Source: Clostridiales bacterium (GTDB lineage Bacteria; Bacillota; Clostridia; Christensenellales; Aristaeellaceae). Taken from it: a DNA stretch of 64,000 nucleotides. Of this stretch, positions 14,755-24,501 are shown in pieces. Location of the stretch: assembly GCA_015056085.1 (NCBI GenBank), contig SVHA01000006.1, forward strand, positions 11,729-75,728, given 5' to 3'. How positions within the stretch are numbered: position 1 is the first letter of the stretch; every line of letters starts with the position of its first letter. A program made the translations under genes and the position numbers. A model generated the notes under the pieces. The model made no database searches. It saw only the letters and a program-made list of their open reading frames with translations, and was not told where the DNA came from.

Positions 14755-15927
14755 GTGAATGAATGGCTGATTCGACTGTTCGTGCGCCCGGGCAGCGCGC
14801 CGGAAAGCGTGTTACGCAGCAGGTACGGCGTGCTCAGCGGCGTGGCGGGCATTGTGATCAACGTGCTGCTGACGGCGGCAAAGTGCGTGCTGGCGGCCAT
14901 CACCGGCTCCGTGGCCATTGCCGGCGATGCGCTGAACAATCTGTCCGACGCCGGCAGCTCCGTGATGTCCCTGGTGGGCTTCAAGATTGCCTCCCGTCCG
15001 GCGGATGAAGATCATCCCTACGGCCATGGGCGGGTGGAATACCTGTGCGCCATGGGCGTGGCGGTGCTGATTCTGCTCATGGGCGCCGATGTAGCCAAAT
15101 CCTCCGTGGAAAAGATTATCAACCCGCAGATTCCCGCCTTTTCCTGGACGGTGGTGGCGGTGCTGGTGATTTCCATCGGCATGAAGCTGTGGCTGGCGCT
15201 GTTCAACCGGGCCATCGGCAAGAAGATCGACTCCGGCGCCGTGGACGCCGTGGTGACGGACAGCCTGGGCGATATGGCCATCACCGCCGTGTCGGCGCTG
15301 TCATTGATCCTGTCCCATTTCCTGCAGGTGTCTCTGGATGGCTGGATGGGTCTGGTGGTGTCCGGATTTGTGCTGTGGGCAGGGGTGAGCGTGTTCCGCA
15401 ATACCCTCACGCCCCTGCTGGGGCAGAGCCCCGACCCGGCGGACGTGCAGAGCATCGTGGACAAAATTCTCGCTCATCCGCCCATCACCGGCGTGCATGA
15501 CCTGATCATCCACGATTACGGCCCCAACAAGCGCTTCGTCATCGCCCATGCGGAAATCCCCTCCGACATTGACGTGATGCTGGCCCATGATGTCATCGAC
15601 GACACGGAGCGGGAGATTCAGCAGGAAACGGGCTATATGTGCACCCTGCACATGGACCCGCTGGTGGTGGATGACGAAAAGACGGCAGTCACCCGCAGCA
15701 GCATCCGGGAAATCATCAAGGCTATCGACGAGCGGCTGTCCATTCATGACTTCCGCATGGTGTCCGGCCCCCAGCACACGAACCTGATTTTTGATCTGGT
15801 GATTCCCTACGCCATCAAAATGCCGCCCGCCGATATTGTGTCCCGGGTGAAGGAGGACATCCGCCGCCTGGACGAAACCTACTTCGCCGTGATCACCGTG
15901 GACAGAAGTTATCACTCCCCAGCTTGA
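14755..15927 (+). CDS. Cation diffusion facilitator family transporter
   Basis: SVAIAGDALNNLSDAGS and DEDHPYGHGRVEYL are CDF signatures, and a C-terminal cytoplasmic domain is present. GTG 14755 lies 7 nt after AAGGAGGG, whereas ORF-track TTG 14749 is too close to the RBS. Confidence 0.85.
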   Translation: MNEWLIRLFVRPGSAPESVLRSRYGVLSGVAGIVINVLLTAAKCVLAAITGSVAIAGDALNNLSDAGSSVMSLVGFKIASRPADEDHPYGHGRVEYLCAMGVAVLILLMGADVAKSSVEKIINPQIPAFSWTVVAVLVISIGMKLWLALFNRAIGKKIDSGAVDAVVTDSLGDMAITAVSALSLILSHFLQVSLDGWMGLVVSGFVLWAGVSVFRNTLTPLLGQSPDPADVQSIVDKILAHPPITGVHDLIIHDYGPNKRFVIAHAEIPSDIDVMLAHDVIDDTEREIQQETGYMCTLHMDPLVVDDEKTAVTRSSIREIIKAIDERLSIHDFRMVSGPQHTNLIFDLVIPYAIKMPPADIVSRVKEDIRRLDETYFAVITVDRSYHSPA

Positions 15928-15937
15928 CGCAAAAACG

Positions 15938-15969
15938 CCCCGCACCAAAAAGGTGCGGGGTTTGCTGTT
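15938..15969 (+). terminator. Intrinsic terminator after the CDF gene
   Basis: ccccgcacc-aaaaa-ggtgcgggg followed by tttgctgtt. Confidence 0.75.
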
Positions 15970-16116
15970 GAGGAAGGAAAGGTGCTTGCGCTTGCTGCCT
16001 ATTCGTCAGAAATCGCTACCTTACACGGAGCCATGGCCGTCAGGGCTGTTTACAGCCCTGACTGTGACGGAGTGCAAAACTCGAAAAATGCCTCCAGCAT
16101 TTTTTTCGACTGCGCC

Positions 16117-17058
16117 TTAGCGCATAAACCAAGTGCTGATATAGCCGGTCTCGCCGTCAACATCCACCTTGCACCAGTCGGTGCCGTGTTCGATCACCGT
16201 CACCTTGGTGCCCACAGGCACGGTGCGGATGATGCTGCCCTTGAGGCTGGGCTGATTGCGGAAGTTGACAATGCTGCCGCCGTTGTAGTTCACCAGCGTC
16301 ATGGTGAAGGGCTTGATGGAGGCGTTTTCATTGGTAATTTTGAGGAAGGAGGCCATCATGTAGCCGATGGTGCCGTCTTCCGTCTGCACCTTGTGCCAGT
16401 CCTTGCCGCTCTTGACGATGGTCACCTTCGTGCCATTGCGGAACTGGCCCAGCACCTTGGCGTCCAGAGAGGGCTCGGCGCGGAAGTTGAGCACCTGGGT
16501 GTCACGGGGGTTGTTCACCACGGCCACCTTGCCCTGAGCGGCAGAGGGCTGCTCCTGAGCGAAGTTCAGGTATTCCGTGGCCATAAAGCCTTCCTGACCG
16601 TTCACCTTCACCCGGCTCCACTGGTGGCCCTTCTGTATCACGATCACTTCCGTGCCGGGCTTGAAAGAGGTGATGATCTCAGCGGAGAGGCTGGGGGCGT
16701 TACGGAGATTCAGGCCGATACCGGTGTTGGTGCGCACCTGCGCTTCCCGGTCCTCGCCGTCCCAGGTGAGGTACTTGGTCATCATGTAGCCGGACTTGCC
16801 GTTGACCTGCACCTTGCACCAGTCCTTGCCGTCTTCCACCACTTCCACCAGCGTGCCGGTGGGGAACTGGCCCAGCACCTTCGCCGTCAGAGAGGCTTCC
16901 TGGCGCAGGTTCAGCCGACCGCCCTTCACCAGTGCGCTGTCAGCAGCGTCAGCCATGGCGGCGCCTGCAAAGAGCATTGCAGCAGCGGCGGTCATGCCCG
17001 CCATGCGGCGCAGGGCGATGCGGGTTTTTTCGGGAGTGTTCTTCATGGGGGTCTTCAT
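16117..17058 (-). CDS. Secreted protein with four bacterial SH3 (SH3b) repeats
   Basis: Four repeats of LN(L/F)R..PSL.......G..V.V......W.KV...G..GYM. Signal peptide AAAAMLFAGAAMA. Start ATG 17058 (MKTPMKN) has AAGGAGG 9 nt upstream. Confidence 0.8.
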   Translation of the reverse strand: MKTPMKNTPEKTRIALRRMAGMTAAAAMLFAGAAMADAADSALVKGGRLNLRQEASLTAKVLGQFPTGTLVEVVEDGKDWCKVQVNGKSGYMMTKYLTWDGEDREAQVRTNTGIGLNLRNAPSLSAEIITSFKPGTEVIVIQKGHQWSRVKVNGQEGFMATEYLNFAQEQPSAAQGKVAVVNNPRDTQVLNFRAEPSLDAKVLGQFRNGTKVTIVKSGKDWHKVQTEDGTIGYMMASFLKITNENASIKPFTMTLVNYNGGSIVNFRNQPSLKGSIIRTVPVGTKVTVIEHGTDWCKVDVDGETGYISTWFMR

Positions 17059-17387
17059 TTGGGGTTTCCTCCTTTGGTGTTTTGCTGTGGGCGGTTTCTC
17101 GCCGCCTGCAATCATCCAACGCCGGAAATACGGGCGATATTGCTGGGAGAAATTGCCATCCGCCGCTCGAAACGGCTGATTTTCCTGATGCTGGAAACAT
17201 CGTGGCGGCAATGCCAATCAGCCCATGAAAGCCCCAGGGAAGAATTTCCAGAGAGAATTTCCGCTTTTTTTACAAAACCCATGCCCTGTCGGGCTGTACA
17301 CGGAAGCGTTTTTGCGGTACAATAACAGTGGCGTATTTTACGCACCTGTTTCCAACCTATTCTTCTGAAGGAAAAGGAGTCCTGAGT

Positions 17388-18572
17388 ATGTTCAAGCGAG
17401 CGCTGTGTCTGGTTCTGTCCCTGATGATGATCCTGCTGGTGACGGCAGTGAAGGCGGAGGATTCCGCGTCTGCCCTGACCCTGGCAGAACTCAAGACCTG
17501 GGCCGAAAACTACAAGACCCGTGCCATGGAGGTTGAGCCCATCAACGATCCTGCGGCGCCGGAATCCAACACCGAGGACGGCTATATGTTCCTCTATGAG
17601 TTCGCCACCCTGTACATGGATCGGCCTGAAATGACCGCCGACAGCCAGGTGCAGTGCGTCGTGCTGTATTCCGGGCTGGAAAACGGTCCCCGGGAGACCC
17701 GGGTGGACATGACCGCCCAGGAGATTCTCGACGCCTACTACACCGAAAACCCCGACCTGGTGGGCAACCGGGACGGCGCCGTGGTGTATCAGCTGAACCT
17801 CATGCCCCAGACCGCCCAGGCGGGCGTGGCGCATCGTGACGGCCAGCGCCTGCAGACCATCGAGTACACCGTGTATGAGCAGCTGGCCACCGGCGGCGAC
17901 GGCTATTCCAACGCCGGCGTCATCTACACCCTCAACGCCAACAACGTCACCGCCATCCGTGTGTATGGCCTGGGCGACCGCTGCGGTAGCGAGGACGTGG
18001 ACCGGGCCATGGCGGAACTGGAAGCCCTGAGCCAGGAAATGACCTACTCTCAGGTGCAGATCAGTTTTGTGGGCACGGACCTGGACAAGTTCCAGCCCGA
18101 CGACCTGGCCTTCTCCGGCCTGGATTTTGCCGACCTGGCCCCCGACAGCGCCATCCAGGTGCTGGGTTTGCCGCTGGAAGACCAGTGGATGGAGGACGGC
18201 CAGCAGTATCTGCGGCTGATGTCCTTCCCCACCTGCGAGATCGTCTTCTCCTATGACGCCAATCAGGAGAATCCCCAGGTGGAATCCCTGCTGATTGACA
18301 TGGCCACCATGGAAGGCCCCCGTTCCCTGCGGGTGGGCGATACCTTCGCCAGCGTGCTTAACCGTTTCCGCCATTCCGAAGGCCAGCATGACGGCGTGGA
18401 CACCGAGGTGCTTTACGGCACGGAGGAATCCGGCGAGTTCGGCGTGGCCACCTATGGCATGGACGGCACCACCCTGCGATACGGCCTGAAACTGGGCGAC
18501 AAAAAGGTGGTCATGAACCTGTATTTCACCATGAACACCCTGGCGGAAATTTTCCTGTACGCGGCTGAATAA
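17388..18572 (+). CDS. Hypothetical secreted protein
   Basis: MFKRALCLVLSLMMILLVTAVKA is signal-like. AAAGGAG lies 8 nt before ATG 17388. No recognisable domain. Confidence 0.6.
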   Translation: MFKRALCLVLSLMMILLVTAVKAEDSASALTLAELKTWAENYKTRAMEVEPINDPAAPESNTEDGYMFLYEFATLYMDRPEMTADSQVQCVVLYSGLENGPRETRVDMTAQEILDAYYTENPDLVGNRDGAVVYQLNLMPQTAQAGVAHRDGQRLQTIEYTVYEQLATGGDGYSNAGVIYTLNANNVTAIRVYGLGDRCGSEDVDRAMAELEALSQEMTYSQVQISFVGTDLDKFQPDDLAFSGLDFADLAPDSAIQVLGLPLEDQWMEDGQQYLRLMSFPTCEIVFSYDANQENPQVESLLIDMATMEGPRSLRVGDTFASVLNRFRHSEGQHDGVDTEVLYGTEESGEFGVATYGMDGTTLRYGLKLGDKKVVMNLYFTMNTLAEIFLYAAE

Positions 18573-18613
18573 GAAAGTGCCGCCTTACGGATTGAACGGC
18601 AGAGGAGGACCCC

Positions 18614-21457
18614 ATGAAAGAACTGAAACGGATTGACCTGACCTGCCCGGTGGAGGTGCGGGGCTGCGCCATGGCGGAAGAAGCCTATGACGCCTGTACC
18701 CTGACGATGTTCAACCTCAGCGCAGAACAGGTCAGCAGCGTGGAAGTGACCCTGACGCTCACCAAAGAAGACGGAGAAGAATCCATTATCATCAATCACC
18801 GGGGACACGCCCTCAACGGCGCCCCGGGGAAACTTTTCACCATGGACATCCCGCTGGAAGGCAACGCCTTTGACGAATCGGCGCAGATCACCCTGGAAAA
18901 GGTGTGGTATGACAACAACTCCGTGTGGCGGCGCTCCAAGCAGCCCCTGACGGAGTATGAATCCAACGAAATGCCCCTGTCCAACAGCCTGACCAACCTG
19001 CGCATGGTGGTGGGCGAGGACGCCGTGGGCTATCCCCGGGAGGATGAAAACCTGTGGGTGTGCGTCTGCGGCCGCCCCAATGAACTGGAGCGGGACCGCT
19101 GCGTGCGCTGCACCCGTCATCATCAGGATGTGTTCACCCGCTGCACCCGTCAAATGGTGGAGACCCTTATCGCCCGCCGCAAGGAGGAGCTGGAAGCTCA
19201 GGGGCGTGCCGCCCGGGAGGAAGCCTCCCGCAAGCAGCTGGCCCGGGAAGCGGCTTATCAGCTGCGCCGCAAGCGCCGTCGCCGCATCGCCGCCACGCTG
19301 ATCACCCTGATTGTGCTGGCCGGCGCTGCTGCCGCCACGGTGCTGTATGTGCTGCCGGAAATGCACTACCGTCAGGCCCTGGCGCTGATGGATTCCGCCG
19401 AGTATGGCAAGGCTTCCGAGACCTTTGCCCTCCTGAAGGGCTACAAGGACAGCCCTGAAAAAATCAGCGAATGCACCTATCTGGAAGGCAAAGCGCTGCT
19501 GGATGAAGCCGCCGACCTGTCCGCCGCCCGGGAAGCCTTTGTTTCCCTGGGGGATTATCAGGACGCTGCGGAACTGGTCAAGGAATGCGATTACCTCACG
19601 GCGCTGGATCTGTTTCAGCAGGACAGCCGGGAGGACGCCGCCGAGATGTTCACTAATCTGGACGGCTACAAGGACAGCCACAATTATCTGCTGAAAATCG
19701 ACTACCTCAACGCCTCCGACCTGATGGCATCGGGCGATCTGGCCCTTGCCCGGGAAGCCTTCGGCGACCTTGGCGAATACGAGGATTCTCAGGACAAGGT
19801 GAAGGAATGCTGGTATCTGGAAGCCACGGCGGCTATGAGCAATCAGCAGCCGGACAAGGCGCTGGCAGCCTTGCGCTACATTCCCGGATATCAGGACGCC
19901 GACGAGATGACCCTCCAGGCGCACTATATGACTGGCATCGCCCTGCGGGACGCCGGAAAACCGGCGGAAGCGGCAGAGGCCTTCCTGCTGGCCGGGGATT
20001 ACGAGGATGCTCCCCAGCAGGCGCTGGATTGCTTCTACGGCCCGGCCCAGCAGGCGCTGGACAAGCGTGACTACGTGCTGGCGGCGGAACTGTTCGGGCG
20101 GATTTCCGGCTATCTGGATGCCGACGAAAAACGCCAGCAGGCCATTTATCTGGACGCCGAAAAGGCCGTCAAGGACACGGAATACACCCGTGCCCAGACG
20201 CTGCTTGCCCAATTGCCAGAAGACTATGAAGATGTGGCTGACCTGAAGAAGGAGTGCATCTATCAGCCGGCGGAAAACGCCTACGACGAAGGCAGGTATG
20301 AAGAAGCGCTGGCGCTGTTCTTGCAGGTGGAGGGCTACTCCAACGCCGACGCCCGCATCAAGCGCTGCCGCTACAAGATTGCCGAAGCCCACTACAGCGC
20401 CAAGGAATGGGAAAAGGCCATCCCCCTGTACGAAATGCTGGGGAACTATTCTTCCAGCGAATCGCACCTCAAGACCAGCCGTTACAACCAGATGAAACTG
20501 GACATGGAACTGGCCACCATGGAAGGTTACGACAAGGTGATCGTTGCCGCCACCGTGCTGGACGGCTACAAGGACAGCGAGGATTATCTGGAAAAGGCGC
20601 AATATGCCAAGGCAAAACTGCTGCTGGCCGCCGGAGACATCTCTGGCGCCCGGGAACTGTTTGCCTCCCTGGGCAAGTATTCCGACGCAGCGACCCAGGT
20701 CAAGGCCTGCGATTACGCCGCCGCTGAAAAGGCCCTGGCGGAAGACCGGCTGGAAGACGCCGCCGGGATGTTCCTGGCCCTGGGGAACTACGAAGACGCT
20801 GCCCAACGGGCGGCGGGCGTGTATTACCTCATGGGTGTGCGGCTGGCGGACGAAGGCAAGAAACTGGAAGCCGCCCGGCAGTTTGAAAAGGCGGGAACAT
20901 ACGAAGGCGCATCGGAGCACGCCATGTCCATCTATGATGAATACTATGCTGAAACGGCAGTAGCGGCCCAGGACGCCTACGATAACGGCTATTACGAGAT
21001 GTGCATCACCCTGCTGTCCGAACTGGACCGCACGGCGGTGCCCGCCAAGTATGCCTACGTCAATGACCTCTACGACGACGCCTGCTTTGCCGAGGCGGAG
21101 AGGCTCTATGACGCCGGGCTGCCTTTCGAGGCGCTGCCGTACTACCGGCTCATTCCCACCTATCCCAAGGTGGACGTCCGGCTGGAGCGGGACTGCTATA
21201 TGTTCCTGGGCGCATGGCGGGACCTGCAGGACAACCTGTATCTCTTCAGGGAAGACGGCACCTGCTCCCTGGCGGGTCAGGAGGCCTTCTTCAACATTGC
21301 GGACGACCATCTCCTCACCGGCGAAACGGCGGATGCCCTGCAGGTGACCCACCGCTTCTCCGGCGTGACCAAGCGCAACATCTGGCTCTACGATCAGCGC
21401 ACCGGCGAGGAAATCACCGTGTATCTGACCAAGGACAACAACTACAGGCAGGAATGA
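18614..21457 (+). CDS. Zinc-ribbon / single-TM protein with ~14 tandem ~36-aa (G-Y-x-D ... C-x-Y) repeats
   Basis: WVCVCGRPNELERDRCVRC is a zinc ribbon. TM segment IAATLITLIVLAGAAAATVLYVL. Repeats such as LGDYQDAAELVKECDYL, LDGYKDSHNYLLKIDYL and LGEYEDSQDKVKECWYL. Confidence 0.75.
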   Translation: MKELKRIDLTCPVEVRGCAMAEEAYDACTLTMFNLSAEQVSSVEVTLTLTKEDGEESIIINHRGHALNGAPGKLFTMDIPLEGNAFDESAQITLEKVWYDNNSVWRRSKQPLTEYESNEMPLSNSLTNLRMVVGEDAVGYPREDENLWVCVCGRPNELERDRCVRCTRHHQDVFTRCTRQMVETLIARRKEELEAQGRAAREEASRKQLAREAAYQLRRKRRRRIAATLITLIVLAGAAAATVLYVLPEMHYRQALALMDSAEYGKASETFALLKGYKDSPEKISECTYLEGKALLDEAADLSAAREAFVSLGDYQDAAELVKECDYLTALDLFQQDSREDAAEMFTNLDGYKDSHNYLLKIDYLNASDLMASGDLALAREAFGDLGEYEDSQDKVKECWYLEATAAMSNQQPDKALAALRYIPGYQDADEMTLQAHYMTGIALRDAGKPAEAAEAFLLAGDYEDAPQQALDCFYGPAQQALDKRDYVLAAELFGRISGYLDADEKRQQAIYLDAEKAVKDTEYTRAQTLLAQLPEDYEDVADLKKECIYQPAENAYDEGRYEEALALFLQVEGYSNADARIKRCRYKIAEAHYSAKEWEKAIPLYEMLGNYSSSESHLKTSRYNQMKLDMELATMEGYDKVIVAATVLDGYKDSEDYLEKAQYAKAKLLLAAGDISGARELFASLGKYSDAATQVKACDYAAAEKALAEDRLEDAAGMFLALGNYEDAAQRAAGVYYLMGVRLADEGKKLEAARQFEKAGTYEGASEHAMSIYDEYYAETAVAAQDAYDNGYYEMCITLLSELDRTAVPAKYAYVNDLYDDACFAEAERLYDAGLPFEALPYYRLIPTYPKVDVRLERDCYMFLGAWRDLQDNLYLFREDGTCSLAGQEAFFNIADDHLLTGETADALQVTHRFSGVTKRNIWLYDQRTGEEITVYLTKDNNYRQE

Positions 21458-21492
21458 CCCCTGCATCAGGGAGGACGAGGACCGTGGCATTC

Positions 21493-22314
21493 ATGCGATT
21501 CCCCGGCGGAAAGAAACGGGCGCTGACCCTTTCCTACGACGACGGCGTGATTCAGGACAAGCGTCTGGTGGCGATTCTGGACAAGTATGGCCTGAAGGGC
21601 ACCTTCAACATCAACACCGGGCTGTTTGCCGATCCCAACGAGGTCTTCCCGCCGGAAACGGTGCATCGCCGCCTGACCCGGCAGGAGTGCATCGACCTCT
21701 ACGACACCACCCGGCATGAGGTGGCGGTGCACGGCGTGCATCATCCCTTCCTCACGGAAATGTCCCAGCCCTGCGTGGCCGCAGAAGTGCTGGAAGACCG
21801 CAAGACGCTGGAAGAGATGTTCCCGGTGACAGTGCGGGGCATGGCGTATCCCTTCGGCACCTACAACGACGAGGTGCTCGCCGCCCTGAAAACCTGCGGC
21901 ATCGCCTACGCCCGCACGGTGGAAAGCACCCACGGCTTCGGCCTGCCCAGCCAGTGGCTGACGCTGCACCCCACCTGCCATCACAACGATGAAAAACTGA
22001 TGGAACTGGCGGATGCCTTCCTCAACTGCGAACTGATCATCCACCCGCTGATGTTCTACCTCTGGGGCCACAGTTACGAGTTTGACAACGACAACAACTG
22101 GGACGTCATCGAGACCTTTGCCCGGAAAATGGGCGGCAGGGAGGACGTCTGGTACGCCACCAACATGGAGATTTTCAACTATGTCACGGCCTACGACAGG
22201 CTGATTTTCTCCGTGGACGGCCTTCGGGTGGAAAACCCCACCGCCATCGACCTGTACATGGAGCACAACGGCATCGTGTGCGTCCCTGCCGGGCAGACGG
22301 TGGAACTGAAGTAA
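21493..22314 (+). CDS. Polysaccharide deacetylase (NodB homology) family protein
   Basis: MRFPGGKKRALTLSYDDGVIQD and HGVHHP motifs. An alternative start at ATG 21454 forms an ATGA overlap with the upstream stop. Confidence 0.8.
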   Translation: MRFPGGKKRALTLSYDDGVIQDKRLVAILDKYGLKGTFNINTGLFADPNEVFPPETVHRRLTRQECIDLYDTTRHEVAVHGVHHPFLTEMSQPCVAAEVLEDRKTLEEMFPVTVRGMAYPFGTYNDEVLAALKTCGIAYARTVESTHGFGLPSQWLTLHPTCHHNDEKLMELADAFLNCELIIHPLMFYLWGHSYEFDNDNNWDVIETFARKMGGREDVWYATNMEIFNYVTAYDRLIFSVDGLRVENPTAIDLYMEHNGIVCVPAGQTVELK

Positions 22315-22336
22315 ACACTCCCCAAAAGGCGATCAG

Positions 22337-22368
22337 GTGCAGCGGCTTTTCGCTGCACTTGCGCTTTT
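22337..22368 (+). terminator. Intrinsic terminator candidate
   Basis: gtgcagcg-gctttt-cgctgcac followed by ttgcgcttttgg. Confidence 0.5.
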
Positions 22369-22433
22369 GGCGCCAGGCTTGTCACGACCCGGAAAGGGGA
22401 AGGCAAATCAGACTTTGACAGGGAGAAAGACAC

Positions 22434-23054
22434 ATGAAAGTATTGTTGATCAATGGAAGTCCGAACAAAAACGGCTGTACCAACAGAGCCCTGGAAGAAA
22501 TCAGGATGCAGCTTGCAAAGCAGAACGTGGAAAGTGAGATCATCTGGCTGGGTAAGGAGTCCATGCAGGATTGCATTGCCTGCGGAAGGTGCAGGTTTCT
22601 CGGAAAGTGCGTCTTTGACGACAAGGTGAATGAAGTCAGCGCCCTGCTGGATGCCACCGACGGCATTGTCGTAGGCTCTCCTGTGTATTACGGCGGCCCT
22701 ACCGGCCTCGTTTGCTCCTTCATGGACAGATTGTGCTATTCCGCAGGCAGGAAGTTGGATGGCATGGCTGCAGCCTGCGTGGTGTCCTGTCGCCGGGGCG
22801 GCGCAACCTCTGCCTATGAGCGCCTGAATATGTACTTCGGCATGAACAACGCCATTATTCCGGCGTCCCAGTATTGGAATCAGGTGCATGGCTTCACGGC
22901 GGAAGACGTGGAGAAAGACGCTGAAGGCCTGCAGACCATGCGCACGCTTGCTGACAATCTTGCATGGGTGATCAAAAGCCGTAAAGCCGGCGAAGAAGCG
23001 GGGCTCAGCAAACCCTCCCGTGAGCGCCGCATCAGAACACACTTTATCAGATAA
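22434..23054 (+). CDS. Flavodoxin-like NAD(P)H-dependent FMN reductase / iron-sulfur flavoprotein family
   Basis: KVLLINGSPNKNGCTNRAL and a CIACGRC cysteine cluster. Confidence 0.75.
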   Translation: MKVLLINGSPNKNGCTNRALEEIRMQLAKQNVESEIIWLGKESMQDCIACGRCRFLGKCVFDDKVNEVSALLDATDGIVVGSPVYYGGPTGLVCSFMDRLCYSAGRKLDGMAAACVVSCRRGGATSAYERLNMYFGMNNAIIPASQYWNQVHGFTAEDVEKDAEGLQTMRTLADNLAWVIKSRKAGEEAGLSKPSRERRIRTHFIR

Positions 23055-23064
23055 ACAAACGCAA

Positions 23065-23102
23065 AACGGAGCGTATCTGCGTGATACGCTCCGTTGTTTT
23101 TT
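23065..23102. terminator. Bidirectional intrinsic terminator
   Basis: aacggagcgtatc-tgcgt-gatacgctccgtt, flanked by caaaa upstream and gtttttt downstream. Lies between convergent genes. Confidence 0.85.
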
Positions 23103-23113
23103 GCGGATCCCGT

Positions 23114-24343
23114 TTACGTTTCCGCATTTTCCCGGCGATTGATCTTCGCAAACAGTTTCCCCAGCAGCCTGGCGCCGGGCTTTTCAATCAGATAGGTGAT
23201 GGCCACGGCCAGCAGCACGGACAGCCCAAAGCACAGGGCTGTATACTGCCACTGCCACAGGCGCTCTCCGGCCCGGTGGGGCTCCGGGGTGACGGAGGCA
23301 GGGATCCCCAGCCGCTTGAGGTGCACGGCGAGGTTTTGATGCACCAGATAGTAGTTCATGCTGATGGTGGCCAGCCATTTCATCAGCCGGTTGCCCATCA
23401 GGAAGCGCAGGGGAAGCAGGGTAAAGGGCAGCGCCAGCATCACGATGGCGGTGAGGCCGCCGAAGAAGGTGCGGCGCATCATCTGCCCGGCCTGAATGTC
23501 CGGGTAGGTGGGCGAAGCGGCCTGGGCTTTGAGCAGCACCACCAGGCCCCATCCCGCCAGGAACAGCAGGGCGGTGGCGAGGGTCTGCCACACCAGGGGA
23601 CGGCGCACGTTCTTCCACAGGAGGGTCAGACGCACATACACCATCGCTGCCATGATGCCCAGGGCGTACACGTCCAGGAAGTTTGCCAACTGATTGACCA
23701 CCATGGAGTAATCGTTCATCGTCCACAGGCACAGCCCACGGAACATCCAGCTGATGGCCATCATCACGCCCACGGTGCCGGCGGTGTTCTTCATGGCGCA
23801 GCGGGCAATCAGCGGGAAGAGCAGATACGCCTGCATCTCAATGGCCAGCGTCCAGCTGGCGACGCCGATGGGGGTGGATACATAGGTCGCCAAAGAGAAG
23901 GTCTGAGTGAAGGTGAAATGGGCAAGGAGGTCGGTGACCATGTCCTGCGTGGAGTGATACATCCCATAGGGAAGCGCCACCACAAAGAGCATCAGCAGGG
24001 TGATGAAGTAGTAACTGGGCACAATACGCATGATGCGCCGCTGATAAAACCGCTTCACATCCGGCATGGGCTCGCCCATGAACATGGTGCGGGCATAGGG
24101 CAGGAACAGCAGAAAGCCGCTGAGCAATATGGTGCCGTCCACCGGCACATAACCGGCCCGCACCAGAAAATCCAGCGAAACGCTGCCCACAGAGGGCGTC
24201 AGCCAACTCTGCTGCCAGATGTGATACCAGCTGACAATAAACACCAGCAGCACCCGCAGGCCGTTGAGTTCCGGAATCTGCCGGGGCGAAGGTGAACACC
24301 TCCAGCGGGCGTCATAATACCCTTTGAGTCGCGCGATCATCAT
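23114..24343 (-). CDS. Acyltransferase family 3 (OafA-like) membrane protein
   Basis: 409-aa polytopic protein with N-terminal ELNGLRVLLVFIVSWYH. The second ATG (24340) is better spaced from AAGGAGG. Confidence 0.8.
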   Translation of the reverse strand: MMIARLKGYYDARWRCSPSPRQIPELNGLRVLLVFIVSWYHIWQQSWLTPSVGSVSLDFLVRAGYVPVDGTILLSGFLLFLPYARTMFMGEPMPDVKRFYQRRIMRIVPSYYFITLLMLFVVALPYGMYHSTQDMVTDLLAHFTFTQTFSLATYVSTPIGVASWTLAIEMQAYLLFPLIARCAMKNTAGTVGVMMAISWMFRGLCLWTMNDYSMVVNQLANFLDVYALGIMAAMVYVRLTLLWKNVRRPLVWQTLATALLFLAGWGLVVLLKAQAASPTYPDIQAGQMMRRTFFGGLTAIVMLALPFTLLPLRFLMGNRLMKWLATISMNYYLVHQNLAVHLKRLGIPASVTPEPHRAGERLWQWQYTALCFGLSVLLAVAITYLIEKPGARLLGKLFAKINRRENAET

Positions 24344-24472
24344 GTTCCTCCTTGGGAAAGGCTTGTGGCTTCTTTGCTACTTCAATTATACCACATCCGG
24401 GTTGATTTTCCCTGCTTGCATGAAATTCGCCGTGAATTTCAGAAAAATCAGAGAGAAAATGCCGTAAACCCC

Positions 24473-24501
24473 TTGCAAATCCTTGCTTTGTCTGCTATAA
24501 T
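24473..24501 (+). promoter_or_regulatory. Sigma-A type promoter of the rpsF-ssb-rpsR operon
   Basis: TTGCAA (24473-24478), a 17-nt spacer, then TATAAT (24496-24501). The ~60-nt leader could hold the known S6:S18 autoregulatory mimic (not verified). Confidence 0.6.

Noticed and set aside
17059-17387. Possible c-di-AMP (ydaO-type) or other riboswitch in the long region upstream of the SH3b cell-wall protein gene.
   Set aside because: I could not find the conserved ydaO core sequences or a convincing pseudo-symmetric fold by eye. An Rfam/cmsearch scan is needed before any call.
18452-21490. Very long antisense ORFs: 18452-21490(-) of 1012 aa, 52110-54746(-) of 878 aa, 45247-47823(-) of 858 aa, 36825-39089(-) of 754 aa, 50081-52240(-), 57370-59412(+), 7727-9268(+), 2443-3897(+), 32201-33913(+), 3509-5092(+) and others.
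   Set aside because: Each lies exactly opposite a gene with clear family motifs. Their translations are low-complexity (G/A/H/R/V/Q-rich), as expected for open antisense frames in high-GC DNA. They have no RBS, and their starts do not fit the intergenic spacing.
21214-21492. N-terminal extension of the polysaccharide deacetylase ORF back to 21214.
   Set aside because: It overlaps the 3' end of the preceding 947-aa gene in another frame and is Arg/Gly/Pro-rich. Family members typically begin near MRFPGGK. ATG 21454, which forms an ATGA overlap, remains a possible alternative.
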